Source: Chara braunii (taxonomy: Eukaryota; Plantae; Charophyceae). Taken from it: a DNA stretch of 64,000 nt. Every line of letters starts with the position of its first letter. The first letter of the stretch is position 1. Below the pieces are notes generated by a model. It made no database searches, had not been told where the DNA came from, and saw only the letters and a list, made by a program, of their open reading frames with translations. This document shows, piece by piece, positions 1 to 12,968 of the stretch. Location: positions 1,896,934-1,960,933 of the forward strand of contig BFEA01000034.1 of NCBI GenBank assembly GCA_003427395.1, read 5' to 3'. The position numbers and the translations under genes are program-made.

Positions 1-6
1 TGAGTG

Positions 7-12
<6 letters not shown>

Positions 13-86
<74 letters not shown>

Positions 87-87
87 C

Positions 88-135
<48 letters not shown>

Positions 136-290
136 CTTCTTCTTCTTCTTCCTCTTTTTTTTCTTCCTTTTCTCCTTCTTCTTCCCCTTCATTTCCTTCT
201 TATTTTTTCCCTCCTTCTTTTCCTAATTATTCTTCATTTTTCTTCATCTCCTTTCTCTCCTCTCTCCTCCTTTTTCTTTCTCCATAAGTA
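13..290. repeat. poly(T)/(CTT)-rich low-complexity tract
   Basis: Long T runs grading into CTT/CCT repeats; the poly-Phe ORF is an artefact. Confidence 0.95.
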
Positions 291-374
291 ATATACTAAG
301 CATGGGGAAGGTAGGAAGTAGCTTCTCCACTAGAGATTGCCTCCATGTAGCCCAGTTTTTCACTCCAATAAATT

Positions 375-1950
375 TTGTCACTTTGCATTTTGAGATTTCA
401 TACATGATCACTCCCTTCACTTTTTTGTCATCTTCTCACTTGGGTGTATATCGCAACTCCATTTCTTGCTCTTCTTAGTGTTCTTGTCTTCATTTGCTCA
501 TGCTTTGTCAATTTTCTCACTTCAAAGTATTTCGCCACTTTGCATTTTGAGTTTCCATGAATAACCCCCTTCACTTTTTTGTCATCTTCTTACCTGGGTG
601 TAAATCTCAACTTCATTTCATGCTCTTCTTAGTGTTGATGTCATCCTATGCTCGTGCTTTGTCCGTTGTCCCACTTCAAAGCATTTCGTCACTTTGCAGT
701 TTGAGTTCTCATGCATGAGAATGCATGAGAATGAGTTTCAATCACTCTCCCTTCACTTTTTATTCATCCCCCCACTTGGGAGTAAATCGCAACTCCATTT
801 TTTGCTCTTCTTAGTATTTTTGTCCTCATGTGCTCATGCTTTATCCATTTTTCCACTTCAAAGTATTTCGCTACTTTGCATCTTCAGTTTCTATGCATGA
901 GACCCTTCACTTTTTGTCCATCTTCTCACTTGGGTGTAAATCTTAATTTCATTGCTTGCCCTTCTTAGTGTTGATGTCATCATATGTTCATGCTTAGTCC
1001 ATTTTCCCACTTCAAAGTAGTTCGCAACTTCACATTTTGGGTGAGTTTCACTCACTCTCTCTTTACTTTTTTGTCATCTTCTCTCTTGGGTGTAAATCGC
1101 AACTCCATGTCTTGCTCTTCTTAGTGTTTTTGTCTTCATGTGCTCATGCTTTGTCCGTTTTCCCACTTTAAAGTATTTCACCACTTTGCATTTTGAGTCT
1201 TCATATGCCCACTCTCCGTTCACTTTTTGTTCATCCTCTCACTTGGGTGTAAATCACAACTCCATTTTTTGCTCTTCTTAGTGTTCTTGTCATCATGTGA
1301 TCAAGCTTTATCATTTTCCCCACTTAAAAGTATTTCGCCACTTCGCATCTTGAGTTTCCATGCATGAGACTAAGTTTCACTTCACTCTCCTTTCACTTTT
1401 TGTTCATCTTCTAACTTCGGTGTAATCGCAACTTCATTTCTTGCCCTTCTTAGTATTGATGTTATCATATGATCGTACTTTGTCTATTTTCCCACTTCAA
1501 GGTAGTTCGCTACTTCGCATTTTGAGTTTTCATACATGAAACTCACTTCCCCTTTACTTTTTGTTTATCTTCTCACTTGGGTGTCAATCGTAACTTCATT
1601 TCTTGCTCTTCTTAGTGTTGTTATCTTCATGTGATTACGCTTTGTCAATTTTCTCACTTCGAAGTATTTCGTCTCTTCACATTTTGAGTTTTCATGCATG
1701 ACTGTCCCTTCACTTTTTAGTCATTTTTTCACTTGGGTGTAAATCGCAACGCCATTTCTTGCTCTTTTTGGCGTTAATATCATCATGTGCTCATGCTTTG
1801 TCCATTTTTCACTTCAAAGTATGTCGCCACTTTGCTTTCTGTGCTTCCGAGCTTGGGAGTGAGTTTCACTCACCCCCCCTCTATACTTTGTCAATCTTTT
1901 CACTTAAATGTAAAGCGCAATTTCTATCTTTGTCCATTTTGTTGACATAG
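375..1950. repeat. Tandem satellite, ~155-180 bp unit, ~10 diverged copies
   Basis: The motif CTTCACTTTTT-GTCATCTTCTCACTTGGGTGTAAATCGCAACT recurs near 415, 570, 751, 905, 1062, 1218, 1392, 1552, 1709 and 1880. Confidence 0.93.
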
Positions 1951-2766
1951 TCGTATGTGCACAGTGAACACTCTATATCTGTGGCAGCTCACCCCCATGT
2001 GCTTTATTTGAATGGCACAATAATTCCCCCCCTGCGCTGTATTTGAACGCCGCTTCACCCCCCCTGTGCTCTACTTAAGCGTGGTAAAGGGGAGAGAGTG
2101 GATAGGAGACTATAGCTGCTGCTGCTGTTGCTGTTGCTGATGATGTGCCTAACGCTGTTGCTACTGATGCCTGGGCAAGATCTTGACTACTACTGCTGCT
2201 GAGAAACCACCGTCCAAGTCCCGGGGGCAAAAATCGGGCCGAAATAGCCAACGAGCCAATGCGGTCCGGGACGTTGAAAAAACAACTCCACCAGGCAGGG
2301 GGTTTAGGGGCTGCGACTGAACAAGCCCCATATCCTAGGCATATATAAATGGTCTACAAAACCACCAAGCCATCAGAGTCCATTTTCCCACAAAAACAAA
2401 AAATGGACTTCCTCGAACTGTTCACTGGGGCCTCGGGCGGTGCTTGAAACAGGCAAGTAGGGGCAAACGACGATGAAATCAAACCAGATTTTAGGAGTGC
2501 AATCAGTAGGGTATAGACAAAGGGCCTATGAAGTTACGTGCCCATTTGACCTCGTTTAAGCCACCAAACTCAAAATCACAGTTTTTCGGCTCTCCCTCCC
2601 CTTGCAAAATTAGCAAAACCTGAAAAATCGCAAATCTGAGTTTTTCTTACAAATCTGAGTTCTGCAAAGTCTGGGTGTCTGTTGCAAGTCTGAATTTCGC
2701 AAGTCTGGATTTTTTTATGCTTCGGACGTTGAGATAACACAAACAGGGCGAGTCTGGAAGCTTAGG

Positions 2767-4488
2767 ATCCATCATAGCCAAGTACCTTCACCCCTTGTTC
2801 CTCCTCTTTCACCCATCCACCATAGCTAAGTACCTTCACCCCTTCCTCTTCCTCCACCTCCTTCACCCATCCACCATAGTCAAGTACCTTCACACCTTCT
2901 TCCACTTCACCCATCAATCATAGCCTAGCGCCTTTACACCTTTCACATCCACCTCCTTCGCCCATCCACCATATCCAAGTACCTTCACACCTTCTTCCAC
3001 CTCCACCTCCTTCACCCATCCACCATAGCCAAGCACCTTCGCACCTTCTTTCTCCTCCACCTCCATCACCAATCCACCATAGCCAAGTACCTTCACCCCT
3101 TCTTCTTCCTCCACCTCCACCCATCCACCATAGCTAAGTACCTTCACCCCTTCCTCTTCCTCCACCTCCTTCACCCATCCACCATAGCCAAGTACCTTTA
3201 CACCTTCTTCCACCTCCACCTCCTTCACCCATCCACCATAGCCTAGCACCTTCACAACGTCTTCCACCTCCACCTCCTTCGCCTATCCGTCATAGCAAAG
3301 TACCTTCATACCTTCTTCCACCTCCACGTCCTTCACCCATCCACCATAGCCAAGCACCTTCGCACCTTCTTCCACGTCCACCTCCTTCACCCATCTACCA
3401 TAGCCAAACACCTTTGCACCTTCTTCCTCCTCCACCTTCTTCACCCATCCACCGTAGATAAGCACCTTCATACCTTTTTCCACCTTCACCTCCTTCATCC
3501 ATCCATCATAGTCAAATGCCTTCACCCCTTCTTCCTCCTCCACCTCCTTCACCCATCCACGTTAGCCAAGTACCTTCAAAGTTCACAGCTTCTTCCACCT
3601 CCACCTCCTTCACCCATCCACCATAGCCAAGCACCTTCGCACCTTCTTCCTCCTCCACCTCCTTTACCCATCCACCATAGCCAAATACCTTTACACCTTC
3701 TTCCTCCTTCACCGCCTTCACCCATCCACCATAGCCAAGTACCTTCACACCTTCTTCCACCTCCACCTTCTTCACCCATCCACCATAGCCAAGCACATTC
3801 ACACCTTCTTTCACCTTCACCTCCTTCACTCATCCACCATAGCCAAGGACCTTTACACCTTCTTCCACCTCCACCTCCGTCGCCCATCCACCATAGCCAA
3901 GTACCTTCACTCCTTCCTCCACCTCCACCTCCTTCAACCATCCACCATAGCCAAGCACCTTCACACCTCCTTCCACCTCCACCTCCTTCACCCATCCACC
4001 ATATCCAAGCACCTTCGCAGCTTCTTCCTCCTCCACCTCCTTCACCCATCCACCATAGTCAAGCACCTTCACACCTTCTTCCACCTTCACCTCCTTCATC
4101 CATCCATCATAGCCAAATACCTTCACCCTTTCTTCCTCCTCCACCTCTTTCACCAATCCACCTTAGTCAAGTACCTTCACACCTTCTTCCACCTCCACCT
4201 CCTTCACCCATCCACCATAGCCAAGCACCTTCGCACCTTCTTCCTCCTTCACCTCCTTCACCCATCCATCATAGCCAAGTACCTTCACACCTTCTTTCAC
4301 CTTCACCTTCTTTACCCATCCACCATAGCCAAGCACCTTCGCACCTCCTTCCACTTCCACCCCTTCACCTATCCGCCATAGCCAAGTGCCTTCACTCCTT
4401 CCTTCACCTCCACCTCCTTCACCCATCCGCCATATCCGAGTACCTTCACACCTTCTTCCATCACCACCTCTACCTCCCTCACCAACCA
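2767..4488. repeat. 54-bp minisatellite, ~30 copies
   Basis: Unit CCATCCACCATAGCCAAGTACCTTCACACCTTCTTCCACCTCCACCTCCTTCAC; it generates the repeating VEVEEGVKVLGYGGWVKE ORFs, which are broken by stops and frameshifts. Confidence 0.95.
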
Positions 4489-4588
4489 ATGTCGTGGTTC
4501 AAGGCATATAAAGCAGCAGACTGATTAAGGAGTCATAGGTAGGACGGTAGAACAAGTAGAGGGTAGGTTGGATTAGGCCTAAATGTGG

Positions 4589-4590
<2 letters not shown>

Positions 4591-4664
<74 letters not shown>

Positions 4665-5856
4665 CAACTTCTCCTATCTTCCTCTTTCTAACCCCAACGT
4701 CAAACCCTTACCCCCTCTTCCTTTTCCTTTTGGCCTGCAACTAACCCTTCCCCCATTCACTTGTTACATTGCAGGGGTACGGACGATGAAAAAACTTTGA
4801 ATCTCGCTTGGGGGAAGAAGAGGGCAAGGAGGGTTGCCGCAACTTGCCGGCCCCTTTTTCCACCGAGAGGAGCTTGACGGGTTTGACGATGGACAAAGTC
4901 CAAGAAGGATTAGAAAGAGTTGCTAAGTTTAAGAAAGGTCGGTTGACTAAACTAGAACCTCGACTGCATGACTAAGAGAAGAGGATGGTTTGAAAGAGGA
5001 AAGGAAATGATATGGGAAAGAACCTAAGGATATGGAGATTAGGCATGTAGGAGGGGCTATGTGTTGACCCCAAATGGGGGTTGTATCTGTTTGCTTTGTA
5101 TTGGGTGTGAAGGTAAGTAGCCTTGACGGATGCCTTGAGAAGGACTGCGCCCGGATAGGCCGGGAGGCAAAGGACAAGGAGGATAGAAGCTAAAGTGGGT
5201 TGTTAACGTAATCCTTTGCCATGAATGAGCCCCTTTGTGCATGCAACTCCGATTGTGAAAGAAACAATTTTGGCCCCAATAACAGAGGCTTGCGTTGGTG
5301 TCGGACGGTCGAGATGGCCGCTAAGTCTTATAGGAATGCGGGTGGGAGTCCTGAAAAGACTAAGGGGTGCAACAAAACATGATGCATGAAGTGTGAAACA
5401 ACGAAGGCTCATGCGTAGGCCGACAAAGAGGACCGGAGGGAGTCCCCACCTACCTCCATGAAGTCGGAGGAGCATTGCGTTAGTAAATGGATGTGTGACC
5501 CAAGTAAGACGCTTGGCCTGCCCATAAGAGAAGAAAAGTCTTTCAAAGAACTCCCTGAACTGCATGTGTATTGGAAGGAGAAATTGCATGAGAACACAAC
5601 AGAGTTTGGAGGAACGGACACTTGCAAGTGATCAGACAAACTGCCCCCTTGGCGAGAAAGTTGAGCTACATCCCCAATGTCAAAGCTCTCTCGCTCAATG
5701 ACCCACCCCCATCCATCTCAAAGCACTAGGTGGGGGTGACCCGATGACGAATGGCTCCGCACCCTGGGCATGAGTGCGGGCGGAGCCGAGCCAGCTGGGA
5801 CCCGCAGATGGTTCGACTCACGCTCGAAAGTCTAACAGGGTGAGGCCCTACAACAT
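4591..5856 (-). mobile_element. Dispersed ~1.2-kb non-coding element, copy 1, bounded by (CT)n; possible SINE-like retroposon
   Basis: Colinear similarity to 59473-60780, e.g. GGCTATGTGTTGACCCC, GAGCTACATCCCCAATGTCAAAGCTCTCTCGC and CCATCCATCTCAAAGCACTAGGTGGGG; both copies abut a (CT)n tract on the same side. Strand inferred from treating (GA)n as the tail. Confidence 0.7.
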
Positions 5857-6210
5857 GACGGACCTACAATTGAGAAGCACACCACATACTGATGAAGGAA
5901 CCAACATACTCACTAGCGTTGCGGCCTACCGCACACCATCGTGCGCATCACCATGTAAGCATTGGAACGAAGACTGCCACATGCTACCCCAGTGATTGAC
6001 ATCCCAGGCCACGATGCGACCGATACACCCACAATGCCACAAACTATCACAACGAACATGCTGACGTGCAACCGTATTTCCTGGGAGCTGACACAAACAA
6101 ATTCCCACGTCCAACGTAGCTTCCCACCAGTCAAGCTCTATAGTGGAGGCGAACCTCACATTGTCCTGACGACGTGGCAAGGCGTCAACAAAAGCGGCAC
6201 CCCGGGGACA

Positions 6211-6480
6211 CCGGACCATTCCATCACATGGTCCGTCATCACTGGGATGCCGGACCAGGACGTCACATGTCTCCCCGTCCGGGGAACGCCGGACCATATG
6301 ATGGCATGATCCGGCATCGCGTTTTTCCGTCCGGGTGAACGACGGACCATATGATGGCATGGGCGCTGGGGCTTTGGACCATGCCATCATATGGTCCACC
6401 GTCGGAGACGCCGAAACATTCCATCATATGGTCAGGCGTCCCGGGGACGTCGGACCATGCCATCATATGTCATCATATGA
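6211..6480. repeat. Cluster of six ~22-bp quasi-palindromic sites (GGACCAT-N8-ATGGTCC) in both orientations
   Basis: Copies near 6213, 6291, 6344, 6376, 6413 and 6452; the core is GCCATCAT (or a variant) or its reverse complement ATGATGGC. Confidence 0.8.
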
Positions 6481-7649
6481 CGAACGATGTGTGGTAATTG
6501 TTTGTCCGGCGAATGCAAGGGAACTTGCAATAAGCGCTACGTGCACCAAATTGCGACATAAAAAGAGATGTTGGTTTCGTTTTGGACCCGTTGAGGACAG
6601 TGAGGAGATCTCTCATGTTGGACGTTTTGTCCACCGACCCTAAACAAAAGTTGTCATTGCTTGCATATTTGACTTCGTTGACATGCAGCAACTACAACAA
6701 CACACATTCATGCCTCCTCCTGGGTTTTGGGCAAAGGGTTTTTTCAATAATACATTCGCAACTTCGACGGCAACCCGAAAAAAAACACCCCTTCGCATCA
6801 CGTACAACTTAATTTATTCAAGCAACCGGAAATACTTATATTTCTGACACCTCTTGCATTTGGAGAACAACCGTTTTGCGCATTCTTTATTGAATAAATA
6901 TAGTGTCATTCTGTTTTTTCTCATTTGATGAGTATACGCCGGTTCTGGGTGATCCCTTGCGTGGCGTTTTGTCCATGATCAGTCAATAAAGCAACCACAT
7001 AAAGCCCGACTTTGTTGTTGGGCACAACGAACATTAGGCATTTATCTCCGAACGTTGGTCATATAAAAAATAACGGGCGAGTGGAGAAAACTTTTCTACA
7101 TTCATTTTTTGAAACAAAGTGAGACATATGCATACGAGCATTCGTTTGAGACACGTTCGACTGTTTTAAAATGTCGGGCAGAGGGGATAATAGTCGCAAA
7201 TGCATATCAGCATGAGTTTGAGACAAAGTGAGACAAACGTGGGGAAAAAGCAAAACAAAAGCCGAGAACATCAGACAGAAGCAAAATATGCGACAAGGAC
7301 AAAAGACATGAAATTAACAAGATGTGCTAACTAACGCGCGAATAAGTGAAACAAAACCCGAGAGAGATGCAAGGGCGATGTTGTTCGTGCATTTAAACAA
7401 GACGACTTTTCATGTGTTCGTTGTAAAAGGCCGGCGAGAATGGAGCAAATGATGTCGTGCAGGGGCAGTGGGAAAACCGACAAGCGAAAGACATAACTAA
7501 AACAACAATACATAACAAAATGTGAGATCAAGTCAGATACATCGGGAGTTTGGCAATGCATAAGAAAAACAACATCGATACTCATATCCTTGCAGGGTTC
7601 TATTTTTTCTCACCTGGTAGAAGTTGCAGAGGTCTTGTTGCCGATTCGT

Positions 7650-8130
7650 GTTCACACACACAAAGGTCAAGCTATGGGTCGGGGAGAAAGAGAGAGGGAG
7701 AAATCCAGATTTCTCTCTCCTCCCTCTATTTATGGTTTTTTTTTTTTTTTTTTTTTTTTTTTCGTGCCAAGCGGAAAGGCTGCGCAGGTCACATACAAAT
7801 GCCTAGCAATGGGTAGGGGATAAAAAAAAGGGGGAAATATCGAGATTTTTCTCCCCTTTCTACATTCTTGTTGGTTGCAGATCGATAAAAGGTTGCGTTG
7901 TTCACACACACACAGACCAAGCTATGGGTAGGAGAGAAAAAAAAAGGAGGTATCATAATCTCTCTCCCCTCCCTCAATTTTTATTTCCATTTTTTTTTTG
8001 TCAAGCGAAAAAAGTTGTGCTGGTCACACACACCAAGTAAAAAAATCTGCGCTATTCACACACACAAAGGCCAAGCTATGGGTAGGGCAGAAAGAGAGGG
8101 GGGAAATCGAGATCTCTCTCCTCTCCCTCC
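7650..8130. repeat. Three diverged direct repeats
   Basis: TTCACACACAC-AAGGYCAAGCTATGGGT-GG..AGAAA at ~7651, ~7901 and ~8055, each followed by TCTCTC-CCCTCC. Confidence 0.8.
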
Positions 8131-8860
8131 ATTTAGACCAAACACAGACCCTTTAGACAAATGACCCGAAACGGAAATGCCATTTAGTGCAAAGGTTGAT
8201 GCAAAGTGTGGGTGTCGATGGTGAGTGAGGGTTGAATTCGATAACCAACCTGTTACCATAGGGCAACAATATGTAGCCTTGTATAGACTCATAATGAGTC
8301 TCCTTGAAATTTAAGTTGACTTGCAATCACACAGAGGCCACCACGGTCTCAACACCTCTTGGCCATCGACATGACCCGATCTGAAGTTGAATATAGTGAA
8401 CTTCATTTTAGCCGGGTATAATATTACATCAACATAACTCTCTCTAGGCAGCCTCTCTAACCTCTTATCAGATCAGCTTCTAGGGATAGTCGTCTGAAGG
8501 AAAAGAAGTATAGAGCTAACATCGCCAAAACTTTCCCCTTCAGACATACATAGACAAAGTATCATCCATCTCATATGGAGTGGAATCATAAGATTGGCAT
8601 CAATCAATAGGTTACGGTAGAACATGTCACACGGGGTCACATTCCTTCTACCTTCACCTCAGTAGAATCAGAAAGCGGTCTGTTAATAATGGATGCATCT
8701 CTTCTCAGGGCTTTCACTGTTCCCTGTCTATCGAGAAGATTAGTAACAGTATGGTAGACCACTCGGTATCTACCCATCCCTTTTACTGGCGTCTGTTTGT
8801 GATAGGGCACGCCTCGAGGGCCTTGCTCCTCCTATCTACTGTCTTGCATTAGATCAGGTC

Positions 8861-9385
8861 AGATGGTGATAAGGCAAGCTTCTCAGAGTCTTCGCTCCTC
8901 TTACCGCACTAATCTTAGTTACTATAGTGGTAAGGCAGGCTTCTCGGAGCCTCGCTCCTCTTACCACACTAATCTTAGTTACTANNNNNNNNNNNNNNNN
9001 NNNNNNNNNNNNNNNNNNNNNNNNNNNNNNNNNNNNNNNNNNNNNNNNNNNNNNNNNNNNNNNNNNNNNNNNNNNNNNNNNNNNNNNNNNNNNNNNNNNN
9101 NNNNNNNNNNNNNNNNNNNNNNNNNNNNNNNNNNNNNNNNNNNNNNNNNNNNNNNNNNNNNNNNNNNNNNNNNNNNNNNNNNNNNNNNNNNNNNNNNNNN
9201 NNNNNNNNNNNNNNNNNNNNNNNNNNNNNNNNNNNNNNNNNNNNNNNNNNNNNNNNNNNNNNNNNNNNNNNNNNNNNNNNNNNNNNNNNAGGCAAGCTTC
9301 TCGGAGCCTCGCTCCTCTTACCACATTAATTTTAGTTACTATAGTGGTAAGGCAGGCTTCTCGGAGCCTCGCTCCTCTTACCACC
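8861..9385. repeat. 60-bp tandem repeat spanning an assembly gap (N 8985-9289)
   Basis: Unit AGTGGTAAGGCAGGCTTCTCGGAGCCTCGCTCCTCTTACCACACTAATCTTAGTTACTAT on both sides of the gap. Confidence 0.9.
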
Positions 9386-9414
9386 CTTGCTGGTTTACTC
9401 TTTCAGAAGAACCC

Positions 9415-11245
9415 CTGTGTCAGAGTGTCACTGTGTGACTGTGTGTCACTGTATTTGTGTATGTATCACGGTGTTCGTACGTGTGTCACAATGTAAGACA
9501 CTGTGTCTGTCACAGTGTCCGTGTCACTTTCGTATGTGTCATCACGTGTCCGTGTACGTGTTTTCACTATGGATGCATGTTGGACATAGTGTGACTGTGA
9601 GTCACTATGTGATTGTGCGCCACGGTGTGACCGCGTATCTGAGTCACTGTCTGCGTGACACTGTGTCTGTGTCGTGCGACACAGTGTACGTGTGTGGCTG
9701 TATATTTATGTCACGATATATGTGACCCTGAGTCTGTGTGCGTGACCCTATGTATGTGTCACAGTGTATGTGACACTAAGTCTATGTGTGTGTGACCTTG
9801 TGCATGTGTGTGACTGTATATATGTATCACAAGGTATGTGACAGTGAGTCTGTGTCACTATGTATGTCATAGTCTGTGTCATTGTGTTTTCTGTGTCCGT
9901 GTGAGTGTCACTTGTGACTGTGTGACTGTCACAGTGTATGTGTGCATGTGTGTCACTGTGACTGTGTGTCACCGAGCACTATGTGTCTTCACACTGTGTC
10001 ACTGTGTAACTGTCAGTGTGACTGTGTGTGTCACAGTATTCGTGTGTGGACCACAGTCTGTGTGTGTGTGTCACTGTGACTGTGTGTGCATTGTGTTGGT
10101 GTGAGTGTCACAGTGTCACTGTATAGCTACATGTCACTATGTACGGGTCACTATGTATTCTGTGTCACTTATCTGCGTAGGTTTCATTGTGTCTGTGTCA
10201 CTGTGTGTCAGTGCCACTTGTGTATGTGTGTATCGTCGTATATATGTGTATTACCGTATGTCTGTGTATCACCATGTATCCGCGTATGTGTGTCATTGTG
10301 CATTGTGGCTGTGTCACCGTACATCCATGTGACTGTGCATCCGTGTATGCACCACTGCGACTGTGTGTTTCCAAGTGTATGTGTGCGAGTCACAGTGCCT
10401 GTGTTCATTGTTGTATGTCGCAGTCTGTATCTCACCGTGTATGCCACAGTCTGTGTCACACTATGTATGTCACGGTCTGTATCTCACCGTGTATGCCACA
10501 GTCTATGTCACACCGTGTATGTCACGGGCTGTATCTCACCGTGTATGCCACAGTCTGTGTCGCACTGGGTATGTCACAGTGTTTGTGTCACTGTGCTTTC
10601 TGTGCCTGTTTGACTGTCACAGTGTATGTGGATTGCGGCGTTTGTTTGTGTGTCACTGTGTATCAGTGTCACTTGTGTTTTTGTATCGCTATGTTTGTGT
10701 GTGTGTCCCTGTGTATCTGTGTCACATTGTATGTGTTTCTGTGCACCGTGTCACTATGCACTGTTGTCTGTGTATCTGTGTGTCACTGTCACGGTGCACT
10801 GTGTCATTGTGTATATCGCTGTGTGTTTCTCAGTATGACTGTGTATCTATGTGGTTTCCTGTGTGTGTCACAGTGACCGTGAATCCACGGTGTCACCGTG
10901 TGTTTGTCACTGATCATTATGTATGTGTGTGACTGTGACTGTTTGTGTCAAAGTGTGTTTCTCTGTGTTTGTTCATTCGTGTGACTGTGTATGTGTGTGT
11001 CACACTGTCTGTATGTTTGTGACTGTGACTGTTTGTGTCAAAGTGTGTTTCTCTGTGTTTGTGCGTGTGATCGTGTGTGTCACACTGTGTCTCCCTGTCC
11101 GGCTGTTTTCCCGGTATGTCTGTTTGCCTGACTGTCTCTTTCCGTCTGTGTCTGTCTGTGTCTGTCTGTCTGTCCAATATGTCTGTCTGTCCAGTCTGTC
11201 TGTTAGTCTGTCTGTCTCCATCTCTCTTTCTTCGTGTGTGTAGCA
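9415..11245. repeat. Degenerate TG/TGTCAC-rich simple-sequence array
   Basis: Continuous TGTG/TGTCAC/GTGAC motifs; the Cys/Val-rich ORFs here are compositional artefacts. Confidence 0.93.
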
Positions 11246-11438
11246 AGCAATGTGTGGGATATCCAGCGTGATCCCATGTGTGCGAACAAAGTTGTTGGGG
11301 CACTGCGTTGCCATAGCCAATGAGGTGAACTTGTATCTGAACTGTGTATCTCTGAGTTTGAGTGGGCACATGTTGCCAGTTTGCTGCGCTACTGTTTACA
11401 TGCATGAAAAGTGTGAATGAGAGCGAGTCTGATTGCAC

Positions 11439-11492
<54 letters not shown>

Positions 11493-11883
11493 GGAAGATG
11501 AGCAATAGCGAACTTCAGCAACCAAACAACATCATATACACAAAGACCAGATAATCGTGACCTCGAACCAACAGCAGAATTGCATCACGAGTTTCACCAA
11601 ATATGAGCAAAGCAAAAGCTCATAATTGACAATGTTGGAAGTCTCATCATCATCAACGATGAACAGCCAATGTTGATATCCTATCTAGCGCTCGGCGCCC
11701 AGACTACGAATGTCAGATCCTATCTAGCCTAGACTACAGTGCCGCTGATGACGTCAACAGCTTCCCAAGTACGAGCAGACCTCGGCTAATGTTGTTTGCG
11801 TCAAACACTAGGTATGTCTCTCATAACACTCACACCCTCTCCCCAACTCACAGCTGCCACTTGCATCCAAGAACCATGCATAA

Positions 11884-11918
<35 letters not shown>

Positions 11919-12330
11919 TAACAAAATGCAAAAAAAAAGAAAAGAAATGAGGGACGGCGATCTTCAGAAATCAAACAGCATCATACATGTGACCAGATAG
12001 TCGTAACCTCGAGCCAAATGCAACTTTGCATCACGAGTTTCACCAATAAGAGTTCAGCAAAAACTCATAATTGACAATGTTGAAATAGTCTCATCATCAT
12101 CAACGAAGAACCAATGTTGGTATCCTATCTGGAGCTCGGCGCCCAGACCACAGATGACAAATCCTATCTAGCCTAGACTACAATGCCGAATGTTGACGAC
12201 AACAACTTTTCGAAGTACGGGCATATCTCAGCCAATGCCGCACGTGTCAAACACCAGGTACGTCTCTCGCCTCACTCACAACCTCGATCCCCATCACAAA
12301 TGCCACGTGTACCCAAGGATCACCATGCAC
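11439..12330. repeat. Tandem duplication of a ~450-bp unit, each copy headed by (AAT)n
   Basis: 11439-11881 versus 11884-12330 share TTGCATCACGAGTTTCACCAA, CTCATAATTGACAATGTTG, GCTCGGCGCCCAGAC and ATCCTATCTAGCCTAGACTACA. Confidence 0.88.
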
Positions 12331-12884
12331 CCCATCAGCACACAGCAGCGGAACTCTGCTATGGCTGCCTGCTCCTTCTTCTTCTCCGTATTCTTCTTCT
12401 TCTTCTACCTTTCCTCTCGTTCTCTCCTTCTTCTTCTCCTTCTCCTTCTACTTCCCCCCCTTCTACCTTTCCTCCCCGCGCGTGTCTTCGCTATCCCACG
12501 CGAGCTATTCCTTCTGCCTTCCGCATTTTTAGCCATTACCATCGCCATTGGTCGCGTGTTATCGTTTGCACTCACCACACGGCCATCCCCGCTCCTTGCT
12601 ATCTCTCTCACACTGACACACATACACTGCAGTGTATACGCATACACACCCACACACACACACGGGTAGTTGTATACTTCCATATTCTAGAGTTAGATTC
12701 ATTCGATTTTGCTCATCCTCTTGTTGGAAGTACCGTGTAGTTCACAACGAGATTCACACACGCATTCTCATGCACGCACGCACGCATACATATGTAGCAA
12801 TGCACATATCTGAGTTATAACGTTAGATTCGTTCGAATTTGCTCTTCTTCTCGATTGAAGTAGCGTGAGGTCCGCCCGATCGGT

Positions 12885-12891
12885 CACACAC

Positions 12892-12966
<75 letters not shown>
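12885..12966. repeat. (CA)n microsatellite
   Basis: Direct observation. Confidence 0.97.

Positions 12967-12968
<2 letters not shown>

Noticed and set aside
2914-4489. Repetitive ORFs (VEVEEGVKVLGYGGW; Pro-rich on the plus strand) as a structural or extensin-like protein
   Set aside because: A 54-bp unit opens several frames automatically; the frames are broken by stops and frameshifts and there is no unique N- or C-terminus.
5770-5810. HDV-like ribozyme suggested by GGTCCCAGC on the minus strand
   Set aside because: The required P3/L3 (UCCNCG) and P1.1 elements are absent.
8200-8800. Decayed protein-like frames on the minus strand (DVIIIPG*NEVHY, vaguely Ulp1-like)
   Set aside because: Too many stops and no complete catalytic motif.
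8854-9496. CRISPR array or long ORFs across the gap
   Set aside because: Units are contiguous without spacers, the ORFs are mostly Ns, and the context is eukaryotic with no cas genes.
9387-11371. Cys/Val/His-rich ORFs as metallothionein-like proteins
   Set aside because: These are translations of TG-rich simple sequence.
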